From assembly GCA_011056635.1 (NCBI GenBank), contig DSEO01000153.1, forward strand, positions 7,563 to 71,562: a DNA stretch of 64,000 bases. The letters run 5' to 3'. Source of the stretch: Bacteroides sp. (GTDB lineage: Bacteria > Bacteroidota > Bacteroidia > Bacteroidales > GCA-2748055). Under the pieces are notes generated by a model that was not told the DNA's origin, searched no databases, and worked only from the letters and a program-made list of their open reading frames with translations. Shown piece after piece: positions 7,865 through 16,200 of this stretch. Each line of letters opens with the position of its first letter. Positions within the stretch are counted from its first letter, which is position 1. The position numbers and the translations under genes were made by a program.

Positions 7865-10800
7865 TTATAAGATGATCATTTTCTCCCTGCTGACCATGTC
7901 CCGGCCCATGATCACCAGCAGGTAGGTTCCCGCCGGTAATCCTGCCGTGTCAATAAGCACATTCCCGGTAAACTTTCTTTCCCGCACCAGTCTCCCGTCC
8001 AGGTCCAGCATCTTCAGATCGAAGGGCATGCCGGGATCGCACTCCACGTTCAGGATGTCTTTTCCCGGATTGGGATACACCCTGACCCCGGAGGGGTGCT
8101 GTCCGTGCCCGGTCCCGTTCTCCCCCGTGACGTTTATATTCCTGGAAAAAGAAACGGCCGGATTGTCCGAACTGAAGGCCGTCAGCCGGATCACACCTGC
8201 CTCCAGGGCCACCAGGTCCCCCGTGACGGGATCATACCGCACAGAACCGGTGTCCCCGGATACTTCAACAGAATACCGCCGGTCCTGTGCATTGGCCGGC
8301 GCCACCAGTACTGCTGTAGTGACGGTATCCCCCACGGTCATGGTGGTGATGTCCGGCGACAGGTAGATCCCCGAAACCTCAACGGTCCCACCGCTGAAAA
8401 AGGAAGGCGGCCTTTGGGCCGTCCGCATGAGGCTGTACGGGTGGTCCGCCATCATGTCGGCAGCATAGGGCGTGCGCCAATTCCCGAAGATCCCGTCCTG
8501 TGTGTGGTCAAAATTGGGCACGCAGTGCCCGTTGGCAACTCCTCCCCAGGACCAGGAGAGCCAGCCGATCTCATTCGTGCCGGTCACCTCCAGACCGGTC
8601 CCGTAATCCAGGATGGTGCAATCCGGGTATTTTGTGGGTGAGGGACCCTCCCCGATGATGACCGGGAGCCCCCCGTTCACCGATTCCGTGGCCACGCGGT
8701 TGTAGTTGTGGGTGTCCGGCCAGTAGGAATGGACCGAGAAAAGAATGTTGTGCAGGGGATCGTGCTCCAGGATCTCCTTCCAGGTGGCAAAGATCATGTC
8801 CACATCCTGTCCCCAGTTGCTGGCATCGATCACGAGGGGTACCGTGTAGCCCCATTCCCTCAGGGAATCGACAGCGTCCATGTACCCTGTTTTGAACTGT
8901 TCCCCGGTCACACTCCCGTCCCCCACCTCGTTCCCGATATTCAACAGGGTCCAGGTGCGGTTCCGCTGAATGCCCTCAAGGAGTGCCGGATGCTTCCAGA
9001 AGCTGACACAGGTCCCCAAATTGCTCCAGTCGCCGGTGGCAGAATGGCATTCGGGCATGGCGATCATTTTATGCGCGATGCACCTTTCCATCAGCTCCAC
9101 CAGTGTGCTTTCATTCCCCGCTTCCGCGGTCCATACAAGCCTTACACAGTTGGCCCCCGTCTTTGCGATCTCCGGCAGCAGGCGACTGCCGTCCGGGTCA
9201 TCCGACCACACGAACATCTCATTTACTCCGCGCAGTATGACCTTCTCCCCTTCCGAAGCATACAGGTATCTCCCTTCCACATACATGGTATCGCCCTTTG
9301 GTGGGGCCGGCGAGCCGTTGCACTGACCGGGATCCAGCGACGGGATGATCCCGATGCTGCCGCCCGCACATACGCCGCATGAATCGATGAATGCACCGCC
9401 GTTGACTTCACCGTGGCAATCCATGCCCGCGGTGACAAATTTGGAGAGCAGGCGGATGTACCGGACCTGGTACCCGCAGCTGTTCTCCGTGACCGACCAG
9501 GAATTAAGGGGCCAGCTGGTGTTGAAATCCTTGTAAGACTTCTGAGGGGGCTGGTCTTTGGGAGGGGATATGGATTCGGAAAAACACCTGGCATTGTTGG
9601 CCGAAGAGCCGCAACCCGAGGGACAGCAGCCATCCCAGTCATACTGCGGGTTCGGACCCCCCGTCAGGTAACCCGGCGGTGGCCCGTACAGCGAGGTTCC
9701 CACCCGGTCCCACAGGGTGCTCCCGTCCGTAAACCAGGAATGGTAGAATTCATTCACCCCGTGCTCCGCACCATGATCGTACATGTTGGAGAGGTAGACG
9801 AGATTCAGGGGATTCACCCCGTGGAGGTTATGCAGGTAAGCTTCGGCCGCTTCCACGGCCAGGGAGGTGATCCCCTGGTCCATGCCAAAGGTGACCAGGT
9901 TGTAGTTCATGCTGCCCTGGGAGGATTTCACCCCGTTGCTGCCCCAGGTATAGGTGGCCGTATGGGCCAGGTAGGGATCTTTCTTCCCGGTATAGGCCGC
10001 CAGGTTGTCCGCTCCGTTCACCACCGCATCCCTGTATACATCTTTGATATGGTCCTGCACCGAAGGTGTTCCCCCGGGCAATGTGGTGTAGTACAGCATC
10101 ACTTCCTGGTTCAGCGCTTCAAAGGGATAAGCAAAGTGCCACTGGAAGAGATGTGCCTGCTGGTAATGGTTATCAAAGAAATCCCTGAACCCGGGATCAC
10201 CGGTCTCCCCGAACAGATAACAGGCCGCTTCCATTTTTGCCATGAACCGCCCGTAATCATCCGTCTCCTGTCCCCCGGCTCCCAGTCCCCCTGAATTGTA
10301 AGCATCATCGTTGTTGTTGAACAGGGAATCGGGATAAAGCTGCGCCCAGTCCCATGCCCTCAGTGCACGGGCCAGAAGTGTGTCTGCATAATCCTGCTCT
10401 CCCAGGGTGCTGTACACCCCGGAAGCAATGGCAAATGCGGCGGCGGTGTTGAGTGCAGCCGAGGTGTTGGGCGGACCGTAATAACTGGGTCCGGTCGCCG
10501 AAGAGGGCGGGCTCCCGTGGGCTTCTCCCACGATGCTCAGCACACTCCCGTTTCCCTGCTGCATGCGAATCAGGTGGTCGATCCCCCACCTGGCTTCATC
10601 CAGGATGTCCGGGAACCCGTTGCCCGATTCGGGGATGTTGCAGTCATCCCCCCACGCATCGGGTTTTTCACAGTAAGCTTTCATCAGCTCCACAACGTAG
10701 CCGGCGGTCCAGCTGGTATACTTGTTGTAATCGCCCGCATCGTACCAGCCCCCGCTCAAATCCCTTTCCGTGTCGGGGTTGTCCTTGTCAAAAAAGGACC

Positions 10801-11320
10801 TGCAACCGGGATCCTGCATCGGTCCCAGGTGACTGGCCCCGTCGGCCCACGCCTCCCCTGCATATTGCGCATCTTTCGGGAATCCTGCCCGCTGGTAAAA
10901 GAAAGTGCGCATGGCCTGTTCCAGCACCTCGTTGTACACGTTATGAGCAATGAGAAATTCGTGGGAACGCACATTCCGCTCCTCATCCAGCACAAAATAG
11001 GTCCCGGGCTCCTCCACCGCCGTGAAATCAAAATGCCAGGCACGGTCTCCCGACGAAACATCGGTCTCTCCGTTCTTCCAGACGGTTCGCTCACCCCTGA
11101 ACACTTTTTCACCCGATATGGCGTGGACCACCGCGTAGTAAGTACCCGGAGCGAAGGACTCCTCCGCATCGAATCCAACCTGAGGATCCCTGATCACTGC
11201 CACTTTCCCGGAGGATGGCAGGTATCCGAACTGGTCCACGGTGATGTATTTGGATACATCCTGGGCGGGGATGCTGCTGGATAACAAAAAATAGCAGATA
11301 ATCAGAATTGTGTTTTTCAT
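7865..11320 (-). CDS. Multidomain secreted glycoside hydrolase: Ig-like N-domain + GH9 endoglucanase + GH5 (cellulase/mannanase-like) + Big_2 + T9SS C-terminal sorting domain
   Basis: GH9 signatures DLSGGWYDAGDYNKY and PPGYLTGGPN. A Cys-rich linker (CGVCAGG). A GH5-like block (VILRGVNE...LLNIGNEVGD...SVHSYW...VIIGEG). A Big_2-like segment. The terminal VRVYPNPGKDILNV...GTYLLVI sequence is a T9SS CTD. Confidence 0.8.
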   Translation of the reverse strand: MKNTILIICYFLLSSSIPAQDVSKYITVDQFGYLPSSGKVAVIRDPQVGFDAEESFAPGTYYAVVHAISGEKVFRGERTVWKNGETDVSSGDRAWHFDFTAVEEPGTYFVLDEERNVRSHEFLIAHNVYNEVLEQAMRTFFYQRAGFPKDAQYAGEAWADGASHLGPMQDPGCRSFFDKDNPDTERDLSGGWYDAGDYNKYTSWTAGYVVELMKAYCEKPDAWGDDCNIPESGNGFPDILDEARWGIDHLIRMQQGNGSVLSIVGEAHGSPPSSATGPSYYGPPNTSAALNTAAAFAIASGVYSTLGEQDYADTLLARALRAWDWAQLYPDSLFNNNDDAYNSGGLGAGGQETDDYGRFMAKMEAACYLFGETGDPGFRDFFDNHYQQAHLFQWHFAYPFEALNQEVMLYYTTLPGGTPSVQDHIKDVYRDAVVNGADNLAAYTGKKDPYLAHTATYTWGSNGVKSSQGSMNYNLVTFGMDQGITSLAVEAAEAYLHNLHGVNPLNLVYLSNMYDHGAEHGVNEFYHSWFTDGSTLWDRVGTSLYGPPPGYLTGGPNPQYDWDGCCPSGCGSSANNARCFSESISPPKDQPPQKSYKDFNTSWPLNSWSVTENSCGYQVRYIRLLSKFVTAGMDCHGEVNGGAFIDSCGVCAGGSIGIIPSLDPGQCNGSPAPPKGDTMYVEGRYLYASEGEKVILRGVNEMFVWSDDPDGSRLLPEIAKTGANCVRLVWTAEAGNESTLVELMERCIAHKMIAMPECHSATGDWSNLGTCVSFWKHPALLEGIQRNRTWTLLNIGNEVGDGSVTGEQFKTGYMDAVDSLREWGYTVPLVIDASNWGQDVDMIFATWKEILEHDPLHNILFSVHSYWPDTHNYNRVATESVNGGLPVIIGEGPSPTKYPDCTILDYGTGLEVTGTNEIGWLSWSWGGVANGHCVPNFDHTQDGIFGNWRTPYAADMMADHPYSLMRTAQRPPSFFSGGTVEVSGIYLSPDITTMTVGDTVTTAVLVAPANAQDRRYSVEVSGDTGSVRYDPVTGDLVALEAGVIRLTAFSSDNPAVSFSRNINVTGENGTGHGQHPSGVRVYPNPGKDILNVECDPGMPFDLKMLDLDGRLVRERKFTGNVLIDTAGLPAGTYLLVIMGRDMVSREKMIIL

Positions 11321-11326
11321 AGAAAA

Positions 11327-11438
11327 GTTAATGGAGTTAATAGAGTTAGTAGAGTTAATAGAGAGTCGTTAGTTAGTCGTTAGTCGTAAGAAGGGGGTTA
11401 AGTCCTAACTCCATTAACTCCCCTAACTCCCCTAACTC
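11327..11438. repeat. Inverted array of 9-nt-periodic hexamer repeats filling the oxidoreductase/GH9 intergenic space
   Basis: GAGTTA at 11334, 11343 and 11352. The complement TAACTC at 11406, 11415, 11424 and 11433. A 13-nt perfect inverted repeat GTTAATGGAGTTA (11327-11339) / TAACTCCATTAAC (11406-11418). A central TCGTTAG-type repeat run at 11366-11390. Confidence 0.85.
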
Positions 11439-11442
11439 TTCC

Positions 11443-12954
11443 CTACATTTCCCATCCCGGACGGTACTCCCTGTAAAGGAACCGGTTGGCTTCCGGGAGA
11501 TTGGTGATTTCCATCTTATCCCGGTCATACACGATCCTGCTCCCGGCCCTCAGTGCCACCGCGCCCAGCAGGATGGTCTCGGTGACCGCCTGCGCCCTGC
11601 CAAAATGTCCCGGTGAAGGTTCTCCGCTTCTGAATGCATCGATCCAGATGCGTTCATTGCGGGTTACCGTTGTCTCCGGCGGTTCGGCCGAGCCGGCGAA
11701 TTCCACCATTCTTTTTTCCGGAAGGATCCTGGGCCTGTCTCCGTGAAAACTCCCCAGGATCTTCCCCCGATCACCCACGAACATCATCCCTTCACGGGGA
11801 AGCTCCTCACCGGTTGCTTCCAGCTCAGGGGGCGTGACCGGTTTCATGCCGCCGTCATACCAGAAGAGCCTGAACGGGGGCAGTTGTTCCTGTTCCGGGA
11901 ATTCGTAGTTCACCATGCAGGAATGGGGGAAAGCCACATCATTTTGCACCCCCATGCTCACCCCGTCCTCGATCCTGCAGGTGGTCGTGCCGTATGCTGT
12001 GGCACTCAGGGGAGCCGTATGGATCCCGAATTCCAGGAAGAGTGGCCAGAGGCTGTAATGCCCCATGTCGGCGATGCTGCCCCCTCCGAAATCGTACCAG
12101 CCACGAAAAACGGCATGGGTATAGTTTGGATGGTAGGGACGGTCGGGGACAGGCCCCAGCCAGAGCGGCCAGTCGAATCCTTCCGGGACCGGTGGCGCTT
12201 CTTCCGGGTTGGAGTCCCATTGCGGCCAGACCGGGCGGTTGGACCAGTTGTGGATCTCTCTCAGCGTACCAATGGCGCCTTCCCTGATCCATGCAAGGGT
12301 GGTCATGAGGCCGCTCCGCTCACTCCAGGCCAGCAGGTGTGTGTTAACACCCGTCCTTTGTGCCGTGTCGATGGTCAGCCTGGCCTCATGCATCCGGTTG
12401 GCAATGGGCTTGTGGATCACCACATGTTTCCCCTTTTTCATGGCGGCGATGGAGACCGCTGCATGCAGGTGGTCCGGGGTCATCACTTTCACCGCATCGA
12501 TCTTTGTCTCTTTTTCAAGCAGCTCCCTGAAATCGCTGTAAGCCGCACACCCCCTATAGCGGCCTGATGAACGTTCTCTGGCATAATATTTTTCCACCAG
12601 TTCCTGCCCCAGGTCCCTCCCGCCGGGTATGCCGTCCAGCCCGGCTCCCCAGTCAGGATCCTTCAGTGCTTCACGAACCGTGTTCCGGATGCCATGGCGC
12701 GACCAGTCCACATAATCGGTGGTGAACCTGTTCGGGTCACAGACGGAAGTGACCTGCACGTCGGGGAATTGCAATAAATCAGCCAGTTCACGGATGCCCT
12801 GTGTTCCGCATCCGATATAGGCAACGTTCAGCCTGTCACTGGGAGCGGTCCGGCCCGGTCTGCCGAGCACATGGCCGGGCACCATGGTGAATGCCGCAGC
12901 GGCTGCTGAGGTGCCGACAAACTCCCTGCGTGTGATCTGCTTTTTGGGTTTCAT
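11443..12954 (-). CDS. Gfo/Idh/MocA-family oxidoreductase, twin-arginine (TAT) exported
   Basis: N-terminus MKPKKQITRREFVGTSAAAAAF (RR motif plus hydrophobic region). Rossmann start LNVAYIGCGTQG. 503 aa, the length typical of the periplasmic glycoside-dehydrogenase-like subgroup. Confidence 0.8.
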   Translation of the reverse strand: MKPKKQITRREFVGTSAAAAAFTMVPGHVLGRPGRTAPSDRLNVAYIGCGTQGIRELADLLQFPDVQVTSVCDPNRFTTDYVDWSRHGIRNTVREALKDPDWGAGLDGIPGGRDLGQELVEKYYARERSSGRYRGCAAYSDFRELLEKETKIDAVKVMTPDHLHAAVSIAAMKKGKHVVIHKPIANRMHEARLTIDTAQRTGVNTHLLAWSERSGLMTTLAWIREGAIGTLREIHNWSNRPVWPQWDSNPEEAPPVPEGFDWPLWLGPVPDRPYHPNYTHAVFRGWYDFGGGSIADMGHYSLWPLFLEFGIHTAPLSATAYGTTTCRIEDGVSMGVQNDVAFPHSCMVNYEFPEQEQLPPFRLFWYDGGMKPVTPPELEATGEELPREGMMFVGDRGKILGSFHGDRPRILPEKRMVEFAGSAEPPETTVTRNERIWIDAFRSGEPSPGHFGRAQAVTETILLGAVALRAGSRIVYDRDKMEITNLPEANRFLYREYRPGWEM

Positions 12955-13062
12955 TGCTCGAGGATTTTATGAGAGATTAAGATAGGAAATATATCATTTG
13001 CCGGGCCGGTCTGGTAGCTAAAACCTCAAAAATAAAACGGTGACCGATATGCTTTCTATGGC

Positions 13063-13078
13063 ATGCAACAGATTGCAT
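13063..13078. promoter_or_regulatory. Degenerate copy of the same palindrome (ATGCAACAGATTGCAT) upstream of the LTD gene
   Basis: 14 of 16 nt match 49734-49749, but the central CG is changed to AG. It lies ~210 nt upstream of ATG 13287. Confidence 0.3.
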
Positions 13079-13286
13079 AAGCGTGCAGCATGTGTTGCTG
13101 ATCACGCAAGATGCTCTTGCCCTGCTATTTAAGTAAAATATATCCGTGCGGGCAGGTTTATATTCATTAAAAATATGACGCCGCGTATCAATCTTGCAGG
13201 TATTTTCCTCTTCTGCATTGAAAAAAATTTATATCTTGGTATTCAGCATTCTTTTCACATTTTATAACCTATGTTTAACTAAACTT

Positions 13287-16200
13287 ATGATTATGAGGCT
13301 AAAACTACTACTTGTGACTTTGCTTGTATCCTCGGGCATGCTGATTGCCCAGGATACAATCAGAACGCTGATCATCTCGGAGGCAAGGTATGATCGTGCA
13401 GACATGGCATACCTTGAACTGACCAATGTGGGCTCCGAAGCTATCAACCTTGCTGAATTTGAGGTTTCCAGCATGGATCCCTGGACTACATTCCCCGATG
13501 ATCGCAGATGGCCCACAGAACCACCCCACATAGACGGAAGGCATGTGATGTTGCCAGACCGCGTGCTGGAACCCGGTGAATCTTTTGTGATCTCCGCATT
13601 CCATGACTGGGTTGAGGAGGAATATGCAAGGGACATAGCCAAGCTGGGCTGGTCCGAAAAAGAAGCGCACAGGACCAAACCCGAGCTCAAGAAGTTAACC
13701 GATCTTCCGGTTCACAGGCCTGAATCTCCCACGGGAGATCCTACTGATAGTGTCTCCACCTTTAGATCTTTGCTGGAAAGCTGGGGAGGCAGGGATGCGA
13801 TCTTTGTGAGGCATTATCCTCCGGGAGCAGACTCCTGCGTAATTGATCAGGTGGGCGGTCTCTTTACGGACGAGAACGGCTCAAACCCCGATGGTGGAAG
13901 GCATGATGTGGCCGGTGTTGCCCAGGCTACCAATGAATGCATCCTGGTGAGACGTTATGTTGTAGAAGAGGGAAACCTGACTTTTGTCAGGGGGAATGAC
14001 CTGTCAGAGTCAGAGTGGATCCCGATCCCTATCCTGAGAGAAGGAGGTGATAAGTATGAGCCGTGGAGGGCAGTTTTCTGGACCGTAGGGAACCATGGTG
14101 ATTTCAACCTGGATGAAACAACCCTCACTTCCTCCACCATTGACATCGACTGGACCAACCATGTACTGACTGTTCCCTGGGGCGTGAGGAACGATGATTC
14201 CATCATGTACCAATTTGACAGGGTTCCCGGCCTGGCATGGCACTACCAGTACAACACAGGTGAAACGGCAAGTGCAGACTCGGCTTACGCTTCCGTCCGA
14301 ACCGGGGATTCACTGACCATTTATGCATGCGGGAATGACATGGATATGATCAAATGGCACATCGAGGCAGCCCCCCCCACAGTTGATGCCAACTGGGTGA
14401 TCCCCATGAGAATAAGAAGCACCAATCCACCTTATGAATATGGGTTGAATACAGAGGTTTACGAAGTGAGCCATATGATGAAGGAAGGGATTTTGGATAC
14501 GATCAGCGAGATCCCTTTTGCCACACGTACAGACTCGCTTCTCAAATACCTGGAAAAGGCACCCAATGCCAGCTGGGAATTCGTATGGGTGGATGGTAAT
14601 GTCCGTACGGACCTGAAAGACGGGGACCTGCTGCGGGTTACCGCTGAGGATGGTTCGGTCAAGGACTATTATCTCAAGGTCTGGGAGTACCGCAACGATG
14701 ACAACGCTTACTTATCGGCCATCACCTGGCCCGATATTCCGGAAGATTACAGGGATTTCTATGACTGGACCGGCGACACCATCCCGTTCTTTGACAGGGG
14801 TGTTTTTTCCTATAAAGTAATGGTCCCTCTGGATGTGGAAGGGATCCCTGCACTCGTTGCCAAGAACGAAGATGACAATGCCTCCCATCAGGTAACACGT
14901 GCCACCAACCTTTTTGGCAGCAAGGAGGACCGTACGGTAACATTTACCTCAACGGCGGAGGACGACTCAACTGTATATAAGTACAGCGTTTTGCTGGATA
15001 AAGAAAAGGATCCGGCTAATGTACAGCCCTGGGCCGGTGAACCCTTTATCTCTCAGTATACCTGGAAAACAGAATTTAACCATTCTCTTCTGGAAATTGT
15101 GAACCCGGGTAACCAGGTGCTGGACCTGAGTGACTATATGTTCTTCAATGCTTATGAGAATGATCCTGTCAATGCCATTGCTGGATGGGATGATTGGGCG
15201 CAAAGGTATATTAAGTACATCCCGGGGTACAAATGGCAGAGCGAAGCGGAATGGGGTGTCCAGCGTCATATTGCAGTCCAGGATATCAACACAAACACCT
15301 TCATCCAGCCGGGAGATGTATTTGTGATGTCAGAGGTCAATCTTGATCAGGCAGGTTTCGAAAATTACGTATTCTATAATCAGATTGATATAGACTTCCG
15401 CCATCTTCCCTGGGGCGAGGCATACACCGGAAATACAATTCCATTCAGTTCCTGGAATGGTGCAAACCTCTATATGTGGAAGATCCTGAATGACTCTATC
15501 AAGCTTGGTTTGAAACCGGCCACCGATCCCGATGACTTTCTCCTGATTGAAACATGGGGAATGGGTGACGGAAGCGCCTTTGCCCCGGTTGGTGATCCAT
15601 CAGGACAGGTTAGCAGCTATACCCGGAAACCAGAGGTGTACCAGGGTAATCCAGAGTTTCAGGGCTCTTTCGGTGCTACCCCGGAAGAGAGTGAGTGGAT
15701 CCTGGTCAACGAGAACACCCTTCAGACGCGTGGTTACCCGTGGCCACAATGGAGAACACTTGTTCCGGAAGGAACAGGAAGCCACTTCATGAATGATGTG
15801 ACCATATACCGCTCCACAGTTGGCTCGCTGGTCTATAAAGTCAGCCTGGGATACAGTATGGAAGAGGATATCAGGGGAGTGATCACCGGTACCACTGTTG
15901 AAGAATTATTCGGGAATCTGATCCTTGCTGATCCCGGCCAGGCGCTTCAGGTGCTGTCATCTGTTGATGGAACGGCCATTGATTCCGCTGCAGCAGTTGT
16001 TAACGGTGATACACTGATGGTTACATCTGCGGATTCCACAAATGTTTCCAAGTACATACTGGAAGTGACAGATGATGGTCTCAGCGATGATGCCGTTCTT
16101 ACCTCCGCGACCTATACGATCACTGTGGACGGGGAGACCGGGACTGTTGGCGGATATGACTACGGGGTCAGTGTAAAGAGTGTGCTGGAAGGAGTGGATG

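Noticed and set aside
11327-11438. Considered a CRISPR array or minisatellite.
   Set aside because: The repeat units are only 6-9 nt, with no unique spacers of CRISPR size. The two halves are inverted complements, so a hairpin or binding-site array fits better.
13194-13286. N-terminal extensions offered by the ORF track: a TTG start at 13194, and also 48278-48310, 5740-5775, 6945-6974, 32106-32144 and the TTG at 17222.
   Set aside because: In each case a downstream Met begins a textbook signal peptide, lipobox or twin-arginine motif. The extension either lacks export features or overlaps the upstream gene, so the shorter starts are preferred. Apparent SusC/FAS1 overlaps are mostly artefacts of this.
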